Positions 21,663 to 31,285 of a DNA stretch of 64,000 bases are shown here, piece by piece. The DNA is from a virus. Each line of letters starts with the position of its first letter. Position 1 is the stretch's first letter. A model generated the notes under the pieces. That model saw only the letters and a list, made by a program, of their open reading frames with translations. It ran no database searches and was not told the DNA's origin. The position numbers and the translations under genes were made by a program. The stretch is from the IMG/VR virus record IMGVR_UViG_3300046642_000296, positions 13,220 through 77,219 of that record. One strand, given 5' to 3'.

Positions 21663-23690
21663 TCAACCCGGTGCTTTGAAGCCTGCAGGGAAGTTTACAG
21701 AAGCATCGTTCACTGCGGTAGAGCGAAGCAGTGCTGCCTGTGCCATTGCTGCATCGTAGGCATCCTGGTAGCGCTGCAGACCCGTGAACTGCGGATCACT
21801 CTTCGCCTTCTGGCGGGCATTGGCCAGTGCCGTAGCGGCCACCTGTACTGCCTGACCGGCCGCGGCAAGCTGTGCCTGCAGCTGGGCAGTATGCTGCGTC
21901 TGGTTGTACTTCAGCACACCCTTGCCGCCTGACGCCTGGCTGATTGCTGCAGTCACAGCATCATCATTGACCGAGGCACCACTCGGCAGCGTATCCCCGA
22001 GCCAGGTGCGATCGGAGTCGATGCCGAAGTTGTGCACTGCATTCGTGATCGCAGTGACGATCTTGCCGTGCCGGTTCTGCACATTGTTCGCCAGCAGCGT
22101 GGCGGCCGCCTTCGGGTTGATGCCCGCACCCTCCGTGATCTGATGGATCCTGGCGACGGTCTGCCCCAGATCCGCGCCCTTGAACGCAGCATTGCTGGCA
22201 ATCAGGTTCGCCGCCTCATCCGTTTCCGAGGTAGTGGAGCCTGCGCCGGCAGCGATCGCCTTTTCTACTGGCGAGCTGCGGTTATAGTCAATCCGCCCCT
22301 GCATCAGGTTGTTCACATCCCCCAGTTGCGAGAGCAGCTGCGTGGCGTTGTTGCGCAGATCCTGGCCATTGGCTGCCTGCGCCGTGCCTTCCTGCTTCTG
22401 GATCAGCTGCTTCATCTGATCCCAGGAGATATTGGCGAAGGCGCCCTTCTGGTCCGCACCGGGAATGCCCTTCAGCGAAGACCAGGTGCCCGTGAGGTCG
22501 CCGCTCTTGCGGGCATCGAAGATCGCCTTGCCAAGCTGGTCCTGCACAGCGGGCGTGAACGCCGTGCCGACCGGCAGATTGAGCTTGGCAGCAAAGTCCT
22601 TCAGCGTGTCCCGGTTGATCTGGTATGCACCGATGGGTGAGTTGCCCTTCGACTTCTGCAACTGGTCCTGCAGGCCGCCGTCCTTGGTGAGGTCGGCGAT
22701 CGACATCGTGGTGATCGGCTGATCCGTCTTGCCGTAGCCGTAGGTGACGTTGTACACACCGCCATCCTTGGTTCCCGGCGTGCCGAGATCGAGTGGCGCC
22801 CCACCCATGGCGCCAACGTTGCCACCCGTCGCCGCGCTCAGTGCTGCCGTCACACCGCCTGCACCGGCTCCACTGCCTGCACCAGCGGCCGGCACACCTG
22901 CTACCCCCGCCGCACCGGTGCCGTACTGGCGATCCAGTGCTGCGCGGACAATGGCCGATGCACCCGGCGACAGGTTGCTGAACTCGGTGTTGAACCGGGT
23001 GCGGGCTTCGGTCTCGTCTCCCGCATGCGAGAGCGCAGACATGGCCGTCAACGCTGCCTGGGTGTCCTGATCGTTACGCTTAGCCGTCGACAGGTCAAAG
23101 GAGCGCTGACTGTTGTTGATGTTCGTGCCGGTCAGCGATGCGTCACCCTGTTCAAGACCCTGACCCTTTGCGGCAAAGGAGAGGATCTGGTCGGGTGTGA
23201 GCTTGGCAAATGCCGGATCCTGCATCGCCTGGGCGACACCGGCTTTGTCCTGCTTGCTCGCCGCCAGCGACAGCGCAGCGATCGCCGGACTGGCTGCGGA
23301 CAGCGCATCTGCCTGGCTGTTGCTGCGGGCATTGGTGATCGCCGTCTGGTCGAAGTTCTGCTTCGTCGTGGCCTCATTCAGCAGCGAACCCACCCGGTTC
23401 TGGATCGTGCCGAGTGTTGCTGCATCCACTCGCGACGGATCGACACCCCCCAGGGAGCCAAGGAGAGAACCGTTGGCCAGCGCAGCCTTCAGTGCATCCG
23501 GATCCTGGAAACGGGCCGCTGCCTGCGCCGCGGCATTGTCGGCGAGCTGCGTCTGCGCACGGCCGTAGTTGCCAAGCGCATCGGACAGGCCATTCGTTCC
23601 ATTGGTCAGCAACTGGGCGGCCGTGGCCAGCCCGTTGATGCCATCACTCATACGGGGCGAATCTACGTTTCGCCAGGTCAATACAGCCAT
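21663..23690 (-). CDS. Virion ejection protein (N4 gp51-like) with lysozyme-like domain
   Basis: N-terminal LTWRNVD; central YNVTYG...SPIGAYQI...FTPAVQD...WSSL motif set. Confidence 0.8.
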   Translation of the reverse strand: MAVLTWRNVDSPRMSDGINGLATAAQLLTNGTNGLSDALGNYGRAQTQLADNAAAQAAARFQDPDALKAALANGSLLGSLGGVDPSRVDAATLGTIQNRVGSLLNEATTKQNFDQTAITNARSNSQADALSAASPAIAALSLAASKQDKAGVAQAMQDPAFAKLTPDQILSFAAKGQGLEQGDASLTGTNINNSQRSFDLSTAKRNDQDTQAALTAMSALSHAGDETEARTRFNTEFSNLSPGASAIVRAALDRQYGTGAAGVAGVPAAGAGSGAGAGGVTAALSAATGGNVGAMGGAPLDLGTPGTKDGGVYNVTYGYGKTDQPITTMSIADLTKDGGLQDQLQKSKGNSPIGAYQINRDTLKDFAAKLNLPVGTAFTPAVQDQLGKAIFDARKSGDLTGTWSSLKGIPGADQKGAFANISWDQMKQLIQKQEGTAQAANGQDLRNNATQLLSQLGDVNNLMQGRIDYNRSSPVEKAIAAGAGSTTSETDEAANLIASNAAFKGADLGQTVARIHQITEGAGINPKAAATLLANNVQNRHGKIVTAITNAVHNFGIDSDRTWLGDTLPSGASVNDDAVTAAISQASGGKGVLKYNQTQHTAQLQAQLAAAGQAVQVAATALANARQKAKSDPQFTGLQRYQDAYDAAMAQAALLRSTAVNDASVNFPAGFKAPG

Positions 23691-23699
23691 GATTCCCCC

Positions 23700-24146
23700 T
23701 TAAGTCGAGAGCTTGTTAGCCGCAATGTACGCATCACGCGTGGCATTCGACTGACCTTCAGTCACAGCACGGGCCGTGGCCTTGTCGGTGAGCGCCGTGT
23801 TGTAGCTCGTCACCGAATTGGCCAGGTTCGTGTTGGCCAGATTCTTCTGGAAGTTGAACTGGTCCTGTGCGAGGCCGAGTGACTTCAATCCCGAGTAGAG
23901 GTTGGCCAGGGTTGAGAGTCCCGACAGTCCCAGCTGCATCGTGGGCACATTCAGGCCGAGACCTGAGGTGGCGCCTGCCGTCGAGCCAAGGGAAGCCGTA
24001 CTCAGTCCGGAGTTCGCTCCATCAGTGGGCGAACCCAGGCCATAGCCGTTGAGCGAACTGTAGTCATACCCATTGCCGCCTACCAGGCCAGTGGGCAGGG
24101 TGAAGTTGTACGGCGTGACGGTGCTTGCACCATAGTTGAGATCCAT
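23700..24146 (-). CDS. Virion protein (N4 gp52-like)
   Basis: Synteny; LAQDQFNFQK...SYNTALTDKA. Confidence 0.8.
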   Translation of the reverse strand: MDLNYGASTVTPYNFTLPTGLVGGNGYDYSSLNGYGLGSPTDGANSGLSTASLGSTAGATSGLGLNVPTMQLGLSGLSTLANLYSGLKSLGLAQDQFNFQKNLANTNLANSVTSYNTALTDKATARAVTEGQSNATRDAYIAANKLST

Positions 24147-24159
24147 AGTGGAATCCTGA

Positions 24160-26739
24160 TCAGGTAACGAGATTCTGAGAAATATCCAGAGTCAATGACG
24201 TAAATTCGGTGATCAGTGCGGTGTTGAGTTCCGCAATGTCGCTACCCGTCATCAGTGTTCTGTTGAGGAAGCTGTCCGGTGTTTCATAGGTATAACCCAT
24301 GCCATCTGAACCAGACAGCGAAGCGGAGTCTGTGAGCTCCATCGGGTCGAACGTTGCCATGTCCGTACCAATCACAGAGGCGTACTTATCAGACACCGAC
24401 TTCATCTCGGTATTGTACTGATCGAGCAGTTCAGTAGTCTGCTTAATTACGTCCTGTGTCTCTGCCCCGATGTACTCGCTGACACCTTTGCCCACAGCCT
24501 CTGTGAGCTGGAGCAAGGTGGACGGGCTGGTGAGCTGGCTCAGTGATGTGGTCCACGTTGCCCCATTCAGCATGCTGCCGCCCACCACCATCACCACGAC
24601 CGTGGCAATGGCGCCAACGATCGCACCCACCTTGTCACCGAAAATCTTCTTCGACACATAACCGATGATCTTCGAGACGATCATGGCCGCGACCATGGTG
24701 ATGGCAAAGCCAGCAACGATGGCGGCCACGCCCGATAAGCCAATAGCTGCGCCGATGCTGCCATACACGGCTGTGGCTGGCCCCGTACCTGTGCCAAAAG
24801 TGAAGTACGTGATGATGATGATGATCACGATCATCACAATCTGGAAGATCCCGGTCTGATACCACTTCTTCTTCACCACCTGGTAGCAGTTGAAGACGAG
24901 GTAAGTGCACGCTGTGGCCATCTGCGTGCTGTCCGGAAGGGACATCGCCGCAAAGATTCCCTCATGCAGCGGAATGATGAAGCCCGACTCTTCCGTGTCA
25001 TTGATCGCATCAGTCAGGGCAATATCGACTGACTTGCCGCCGTAGATGTAGTTGCGATGCACGAGGCCATAGACCGTGACTGCCTTCCAGTTGTTGTCAT
25101 CCACCTGCCAGTAGAGCGTGGCGTTGGCCACCTGGTAACTCGTCTGGACCGCAGCGGTATCCGGATCCTGGCTGGTTCGAACAGTCTTCGAGAAGGTGTC
25201 GGCCCCATTGATCACCCACCAGAGGTCACCCACTGCGTGGGAGGAGTCCTTCATCCCGGCCCCGAACGAGGTCTCTATCCCGTTCCACGAGATCACCATG
25301 TCGAAGTTGATGTTCGACGTGCTGGAGGTCTTGATCTCGATCGACTGCGTGGGCAGCGTCGGATAGGCGAGCAGCGCCGGCTGGGAGGCAGAGTTTGAAG
25401 CCGATCCGCCATTGGCCAGCACCCAGGCGTTATACGCTTCCTGTGAGGCTTCGGCTGCCGCCCACTGGGTCTTGAACTGCCGGTAGGCGTGCGGCGTGAA
25501 GGATGTCGACTCCGTGATCGATTCAAAGAACGACCTGATGTACTGCTTGGCCGTCACCTCAGCCACATTGACCGACACCCCAAACACCACATAGGCGTAG
25601 TCGATATCGCCAATCGAGCTGTTGTCGTTGATCTTGTCCACCAGATCATCGAACTGTTTAGCCGTCGCCTTGTAGTAGGCCTTCTTCGCCGCAGCGTACA
25701 CATCCGGCTTGTACGTGTCCGACACCATCTGGTTATCGATGCGGATAGGGATGTACGGAAAGAAGTTGCCCATCGTCGACGGGGCGTTGAACATCGCATC
25801 GAGCGTGGCGTTGCCGAAGCCAAGGGCATAAATGAACACCTGCAGCCCGCTCCGGGTCGAGTCCGTGATCTGCTGCGTGTCGAGCCGGTACCAGCGGGTG
25901 GTCACCGGAACACCGCCCACCGCAGCGATCGACTGTACCTGCGTCATCACCTGCCGCACCGAGTAGGTGCGCGCCGGATTGACCGGATCGATCCCCATGT
26001 ACGTGGTTTTCTCGTACACGGTCTGGGTGTTGATACCCGATGTCGTGACATTCGAGAGCACGAGCGTGACTGGTGTGAGCGTGTTGCTCGTGAGCGTCCA
26101 GCCACTGGTATCGGGGAAAGCGCCGGTCGCAGCAAGCGTCACCTGGCTACCCTGCACCAGGGTGCCTGCCACTGTCCCTGAGTTCAGGGTGTAGGTCGCA
26201 AAGAGGAACCGGGCATCGGCCACAAACCCGGCCGGACTGAACGCTGCCGTGGAACCATCGGCCCAGGTGATCGCGCCCAGGCCATTGAGGTAATCGCAGT
26301 GCCAGTTCGTGTCGATAAGCGTCGGGTGATTCTCCAGGATGTACTGCTCGGCCCACCAGGAAATGTCGGCATAGCCCAGATCCGTCTCCTGGATCGAGAC
26401 TGAGTAGCCATCCGGTGCACCCAGCGTAGCCAGGATCTGGTCAGCCAGCGAATCCGTGTCGATCGAATTGCCGGTGACCAGCGAGCCAGAGGTGAAACCC
26501 ACCGCATCACTGTAGCCCGAGTTCGTGCCGGCCGCCCACCGGTAGAAGGTGCGCAGCGACATGCCCGGCCCACCCTGGTAGGCCGAGAGCACGGCGTCGC
26601 CAACCGAGGCTTCCCCGTCGCCAATGACCGCGGCGAGCACGGACGACTTCAGGAAGTTCGGACGGTCGTTGATGTCGCCCGCCAGGTTGTAGATGGACGA
26701 TGCGACAACTGTGGTGGATCCACCCCCGAAGAAGCCCAT
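24160..26739 (-). CDS. Virion/membrane protein (N4 gp53-like)
   Basis: 859 aa; KKKWYQTG followed by hydrophobic helices; synteny. Confidence 0.85.
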   Translation of the reverse strand: MGFFGGGSTTVVASSIYNLAGDINDRPNFLKSSVLAAVIGDGEASVGDAVLSAYQGGPGMSLRTFYRWAAGTNSGYSDAVGFTSGSLVTGNSIDTDSLADQILATLGAPDGYSVSIQETDLGYADISWWAEQYILENHPTLIDTNWHCDYLNGLGAITWADGSTAAFSPAGFVADARFLFATYTLNSGTVAGTLVQGSQVTLAATGAFPDTSGWTLTSNTLTPVTLVLSNVTTSGINTQTVYEKTTYMGIDPVNPARTYSVRQVMTQVQSIAAVGGVPVTTRWYRLDTQQITDSTRSGLQVFIYALGFGNATLDAMFNAPSTMGNFFPYIPIRIDNQMVSDTYKPDVYAAAKKAYYKATAKQFDDLVDKINDNSSIGDIDYAYVVFGVSVNVAEVTAKQYIRSFFESITESTSFTPHAYRQFKTQWAAAEASQEAYNAWVLANGGSASNSASQPALLAYPTLPTQSIEIKTSSTSNINFDMVISWNGIETSFGAGMKDSSHAVGDLWWVINGADTFSKTVRTSQDPDTAAVQTSYQVANATLYWQVDDNNWKAVTVYGLVHRNYIYGGKSVDIALTDAINDTEESGFIIPLHEGIFAAMSLPDSTQMATACTYLVFNCYQVVKKKWYQTGIFQIVMIVIIIIITYFTFGTGTGPATAVYGSIGAAIGLSGVAAIVAGFAITMVAAMIVSKIIGYVSKKIFGDKVGAIVGAIATVVVMVVGGSMLNGATWTTSLSQLTSPSTLLQLTEAVGKGVSEYIGAETQDVIKQTTELLDQYNTEMKSVSDKYASVIGTDMATFDPMELTDSASLSGSDGMGYTYETPDSFLNRTLMTGSDIAELNTALITEFTSLTLDISQNLVT

Positions 26740-26740
26740 A

Positions 26741-27601
26741 TCAGGTCAACCCGTTGTTGGTCTGAATCGCATTGAGCACGGTGTTGATCACATCGTTGGT
26801 GAAGGCAGTCGGTGCGGTCAGCCCTTCGTCCATCGTCTTCTGCACCGTCCACGCATCGGCATAGAGCTTGGCCGCCTTCTGCTCCGAGTCACGCTGGTAG
26901 CTCGTGACCTGCTGGGCGTAGAGCTTCTTCTGGGCGCCTACCGTGCCAACGACTGTGGTGCCATCAGAACGGGTGTCGAGCGTCTGCGAACGCTGCACTT
27001 CGACCTGTTCCTTGAGGAGAGCCAGCTGCTGTTGCGTCACCTGCAGCTGCACCGGCAGGATGTTGGCGAGCTGGTATGCGAGCTGGCCGAACTGGGCGTC
27101 TTCCGTGCCGATCTTGGCCTTGGTCAGCGCCAGGTTTGCCTTTTCCGTCTCAGCCTGCAGACGGGCGGTCGTCGCCTGATACTTGGCGAGCGCCAGGTTC
27201 ACCCGAGCCGTGACGGCCGCAATCTGTGCGTTGACCGACTGCCAGTAGGCCTGATCCCGGCCAAGCAGGTATTGCACGGCGTTCTGCATCGTGCCCTGCA
27301 CCAGCGCCACGTAGGCCTTGGTGTACTCGGCGCCGGTGATACGCCCCTTGGAAAACTCTTCCTGCAGCTGGGCCTTGATGCCCTGCATCATCACGTCGAA
27401 CGTGCCAGCGCCATCGACCGTACCTGTGGTGTAGTCGGCGTTCGTGAGCTTGGCGATCTCCTGATACGCCGCCGAGTCGGTGTCGGAGGCGATGTTGTAG
27501 AGGTCCGAAGTCAGGTCAACCGTATCGACCGTGATGGGTGTCGCCGCAAGCAGCAGGCTGTACGCCAGATTTGCGTCGACATCAATTCCGTAAGTAGCCA
27601 T
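26741..27601 (-). CDS. Virion structural protein (N4 gp54-like)
   Basis: GTFDVMM...GRITGAEY; synteny. Confidence 0.8.
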   Translation of the reverse strand: MATYGIDVDANLAYSLLLAATPITVDTVDLTSDLYNIASDTDSAAYQEIAKLTNADYTTGTVDGAGTFDVMMQGIKAQLQEEFSKGRITGAEYTKAYVALVQGTMQNAVQYLLGRDQAYWQSVNAQIAAVTARVNLALAKYQATTARLQAETEKANLALTKAKIGTEDAQFGQLAYQLANILPVQLQVTQQQLALLKEQVEVQRSQTLDTRSDGTTVVGTVGAQKKLYAQQVTSYQRDSEQKAAKLYADAWTVQKTMDEGLTAPTAFTNDVINTVLNAIQTNNGLT

Positions 27602-27621
27602 GTGTCTTTTCCTGGTTCAAA

Positions 27622-27657
27622 ACAAAAGGCCCGCCCAACTGCGGGACGGGCCTTTGT
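27622..27657 (-). terminator. Intrinsic terminator
   Basis: ACAAAAGGCCCG...CGGGCCTTTGT hairpin with A-rich flank. Confidence 0.7.
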
Positions 27658-27680
27658 GCCATCAGCTAAGCGAACGCTGC

Positions 27681-28301
27681 TCAGGCCTGCGTGTCGATCG
27701 AGCCTGCGGCGATCTGAGCCGTGGCCAGTCGTTGCAGCTCTTCCTTCGTGAGCGGCGGCAGCACTTCGAGTGCGAATTCCTTGGCCCAGGTCGACTCGAC
27801 ACGGGGCACACCGGTGCGGCGATCCTTGATCGTGCGGATGTTGTGAAAACGTCGCGCTTCGAGCTGCTTGTAGATGATGTACGGCACATGCCAGCCATCG
27901 TCGGTCTGCTCGCCGTAGGGGATGAACTTGCGCACCGTGCCCAGGTGCTCATTGGCCACCGTGAAGATTTCACCGGGCAGATCCTTCTTCTTCGGATCCA
28001 TGTTGGTGATGCGCACGCGCACGAGCTTCATCTGCTCATCCACCAGGTGCTGGCGCAGCGTCTTGCGCTTGATGGGCACGTCCTGGCCGATCAGCGGATT
28101 GGCCGGCTGCAGCTTGTCAGCCGCTTCGGCAGCAGGTTCAGCCTGCTCCTCGACGCCGTTCATCTTGTCCTCGATCTTCTTCTTCAGCGTTTCGAGGGAG
28201 ATATTGTTGCTGTACCTGACGCCCATCAGGTCCGCACGGGACTTGAGCATCTGGAGTTCGGTCGGTTGCGGCAGGTCTGCCGGATCTTGCAATGCGCTCA
28301 T
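27681..28301 (-). CDS. Conserved protein (N4 gp55-like)
   Basis: LKSRADLMGV, LPPLTKEEL; follows MCP. Confidence 0.8.
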   Translation of the reverse strand: MSALQDPADLPQPTELQMLKSRADLMGVRYSNNISLETLKKKIEDKMNGVEEQAEPAAEAADKLQPANPLIGQDVPIKRKTLRQHLVDEQMKLVRVRITNMDPKKKDLPGEIFTVANEHLGTVRKFIPYGEQTDDGWHVPYIIYKQLEARRFHNIRTIKDRRTGVPRVESTWAKEFALEVLPPLTKEELQRLATAQIAAGSIDTQA

Positions 28302-28325
28302 GCTGGTTCCTCTGAATTCAGTCAG

Positions 28326-28373
28326 GAGCCAAGAGGAAGGGAAGCTGCGTGCAACTCCCCTTCTCCTTGGTTC
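28326..28373 (-). terminator. Long hairpin downstream of major capsid gene
   Basis: GAGCCAAG-AGGAAGGG...CCCCTTCTCCTTGGTTC imperfect inverted repeat. Confidence 0.5.
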
Positions 28374-28382
28374 AGTCGGCTA

Positions 28383-29612
28383 TTACACCGGGGCGACGGT
28401 CTTGACCAGGCCGATACGTTCCGGGCGCTTGATCAGAATGCCGTAGTACCACTTGATCGAGCTGAAGCCCTGCTCGCCGTACGGATCGTTGCGATCCGCC
28501 GTAGCGTTGCCCGGCATCTTCGTCAGGACCGAGAACTTCACGGTCTTGCCGTCGGTCTGGAAGCCGATCGTCGTGAACGAGTCGTCACCGATACAGATCA
28601 TCGGATACACGTCGTAGTGCTCGGTGCCACCCACCGTCGTCGAACGGTAGCCGGGGTTCGTACCGACGGCCGCACCAGCGCCTGCCCAGTGCAGCATTTC
28701 CGGCACCTGGATCAGGCGGAACTTGTCGATCGAGCCGACTTCGCCGTTCAGGACCGTACCGGCATCCGCGTAATGCTGGATCTCGATGAAGGCCTTGTTG
28801 CCGAACAGATCCTTCATCGCCTTCAACGCCGGCACGAGCTCCGAGCCGACATACAGCACGCGGGTAGCGCCGATCGTCTTCGTGTCCTGCAGGCGCGAGC
28901 CGGTGATGATGGTCGTCGAGGTCGGCGTGCGGTTGTCCGTCAGGATCTGATCGAGACGCATCAGGTTCTTGTACGAGACCACCGATGCCGGGATTTCCGG
29001 AACAGCGCCTGCTGCCGGCGTATCCTCGCCCGTGATTTCCGCATCGGCCGTTGCAGCGCCGGCGAACAGCACGACACCCGCGGAGGCCAGCAGATCCTTC
29101 TGCAGCGCAGCTTCCGTGATCTGCACGGCGCCGTTCATCAGCTCGGTGGACAGGTGGTCCATCAGCTCCGAGTCGCTGTCGAAGTCGAGCGATTCCTGCG
29201 TGAACTCGGTGAAGAAACCGAACTTGTGGAACGAGCCTTCACGTTGCAGACGGGTGAAGCCGACACGGTTCACACGGCCGCCGTTTTCGGTCAGCGTCGG
29301 CAGCTTCGAGCTGATCGTGCCGATGTCCTTCGACGAGCCGTACAGGTTGCCGTTGGTGATCGTGGCGCCGGTGGCGTCGATGCCCTGGTCGTTGATGTTG
29401 CGGTCGTCGAGCAGCGGAACGTATTCGTAGACCTTGATGGTCTTGCCGTAGTTCTTCGGCATGTTCGTCACGTTCGCCAGGGGCATGAAAAACTGCTCCT
29501 TGCGTGCCGTGATAATGGCCTTCTTCAGCCAGAAGAAGGTTTGCATCTGGTCCGAGCCGTTACCGTCGATGCTCGACTTGGTACCGTCAGCGGGTGCGTT
29601 GTAGTTCAACAT
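28383..29612 (-). CDS. Major capsid protein (N4 gp56-like)
   Basis: [37 protein letters not shown]. Confidence 0.96.
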   Translation of the reverse strand: MLNYNAPADGTKSSIDGNGSDQMQTFFWLKKAIITARKEQFFMPLANVTNMPKNYGKTIKVYEYVPLLDDRNINDQGIDATGATITNGNLYGSSKDIGTISSKLPTLTENGGRVNRVGFTRLQREGSFHKFGFFTEFTQESLDFDSDSELMDHLSTELMNGAVQITEAALQKDLLASAGVVLFAGAATADAEITGEDTPAAGAVPEIPASVVSYKNLMRLDQILTDNRTPTSTTIITGSRLQDTKTIGATRVLYVGSELVPALKAMKDLFGNKAFIEIQHYADAGTVLNGEVGSIDKFRLIQVPEMLHWAGAGAAVGTNPGYRSTTVGGTEHYDVYPMICIGDDSFTTIGFQTDGKTVKFSVLTKMPGNATADRNDPYGEQGFSSIKWYYGILIKRPERIGLVKTVAPV

Positions 29613-29625
29613 GGGTCAGGTTCCC

Positions 29626-30912
29626 TCAAACTCGGTTCTTCATCTGTTGCAAGAACTCGTCATCGCTCATGGCGAGCGGATTGACGAACTTCTTGACCTC
29701 TCGGGGAGTGCTCCGCGTTGCCGCAGCGGCACTTGCCTGATCCCCGTTCGTCACAGCCGGTTTAGGTGCGACGACGCGAGTTGCAACAGGTTCTTTGGCG
29801 GCAGGAGTACCTGCATCGCCGGAACCAGAGAAGGAGGGAGTTTTCGCAGCCGGTGTAACCAGGTCGTTGAAAGCGCCCACCTTCTGCAGCTCGTCGCCCA
29901 CAGCCTTGTAGGCCTGGATGAACGGCAGATCGGCTGGAATGACACCAAGCGTCTTCAGTCGATTCACCTCAGTGGAGATCCGGTCGTAGATACCGTTCTC
30001 ACGCTGCTGGTGCATCGCCTGGAGAATCCCAGGGTCTTTCCACAGCACTTCCTTACTGGCCTGATCCCACGTCGAGTTGACGACCTGAAGCGTCGCTTTA
30101 CCCTCATCGTGACTACTCAAGTCACTCAGAGTGGAGCGGAAGTTCGCCTCTTCGTCACTGACCTTGTGATTTCCACCAAGGTAGTTTGAATCTTCGGTGG
30201 TATCGATCGACATCGGATCGATACCCTTGTCCTTCAGCAGCTTCTGGATTGCCTTGGGATCGCCGTTCTTCACGTCAATGAGGAACGAGAGCTGATCCGG
30301 GTCCGTCAGCTGGTTGTTTTCCAGCATCAGCAGCGTCTTGCGATGCGGCTGGATGTCCTGCATCTTGCGCGTGTAGTTGGCGCCCATCTGCATCAGCTGG
30401 ATCGCTTCGTCCACAGAACGAAGTTCGATCATCTTGCCGTTTGCCTTGAACGGCGCCATCACGCGCTTGTAAAACGATTCGTAGTCGGCAGCAGCCGTCT
30501 GGGCAGCCGGCTTGGCCTCAGCGGAGGTATCCGCCTTATCCTTGCCCTGGGCGTCCTTGCCTGCCGCATCCGTCGATTTGGTGGCTGGGTCGCTTGCAGT
30601 TGCTGCGTCCGTCTTACTGTCCTGCTTGACTTCCGCATTGGCCGAAACATTACCACCATTCGTACCCTGTTTACCAGGGGTCTGCGGCTTGTCTGCAACG
30701 TCCGACGCATCTTCAACCTGGGTTGAAGCGGGATCGACCTTGGCGTCAGCACCGCTGACTTCCGTGTTGTTCTCAACAACCTCGCCGGCCTTGTCGTTGA
30801 CGACTTCCTGAACCACCTCTGCTGCCTGTTCAGTCGAACCAGGGAGAGGCTGGTTCAGGAAGTCCTCATCTGACATGCCAAGCGGATTGGTATCCGTGGC
30901 AGCTGTCGTCAT
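29626..30912 (-). CDS. N4 gp57-like protein (scaffold/tape-measure-annotated)
   Basis: PFKANGK, LMQMGANY; NPL(G/A)MSD(E/D)(D/E)F at both termini. Confidence 0.85.
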   Translation of the reverse strand: MTTAATDTNPLGMSDEDFLNQPLPGSTEQAAEVVQEVVNDKAGEVVENNTEVSGADAKVDPASTQVEDASDVADKPQTPGKQGTNGGNVSANAEVKQDSKTDAATASDPATKSTDAAGKDAQGKDKADTSAEAKPAAQTAAADYESFYKRVMAPFKANGKMIELRSVDEAIQLMQMGANYTRKMQDIQPHRKTLLMLENNQLTDPDQLSFLIDVKNGDPKAIQKLLKDKGIDPMSIDTTEDSNYLGGNHKVSDEEANFRSTLSDLSSHDEGKATLQVVNSTWDQASKEVLWKDPGILQAMHQQRENGIYDRISTEVNRLKTLGVIPADLPFIQAYKAVGDELQKVGAFNDLVTPAAKTPSFSGSGDAGTPAAKEPVATRVVAPKPAVTNGDQASAAAATRSTPREVKKFVNPLAMSDDEFLQQMKNRV

Positions 30913-31256
30913 TACTCGCTACCCTCCCCTGCGCGTTCTTCTTCGATCGCCTGCTCGATCTCACCGATCTGGGAGGCGGCCGAGTTGCCGATCATCACCT
31001 GGATGTGCAGCCAGCGCTTGAAGTGACCAGCAGCCTGGGCCATCGCCAGTGCGTCAGCACGCTGCGCATCGGTCAATGCCGGGTCGGCGGACTCACGCGC
31101 ATAGCGTGCACATTCGCGCTCGAAGAACTCCTCGTGCACGACCTTGCGAAATTCCCGGTTGGCCGAGAGCTTCAGGATCATGTCGCGCAGACCGGTGAGT
31201 TTCTTTGCTTCTTCCAGGCCTGCTTCGAGCTGCTGGAGTTGAGAGACTTCCTGCAT
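30912..31256 (-). CDS. Conserved protein (N4 gp58-like)
   Basis: Synteny between portal and gp57. Confidence 0.8.
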   Translation of the reverse strand: MQEVSQLQQLEAGLEEAKKLTGLRDMILKLSANREFRKVVHEEFFERECARYARESADPALTDAQRADALAMAQAAGHFKRWLHIQVMIGNSAASQIGEIEQAIEEERAGEGSE

Positions 31257-31285
31257 GGATTGGTCCTTTGACTATCAAGTTAGGT

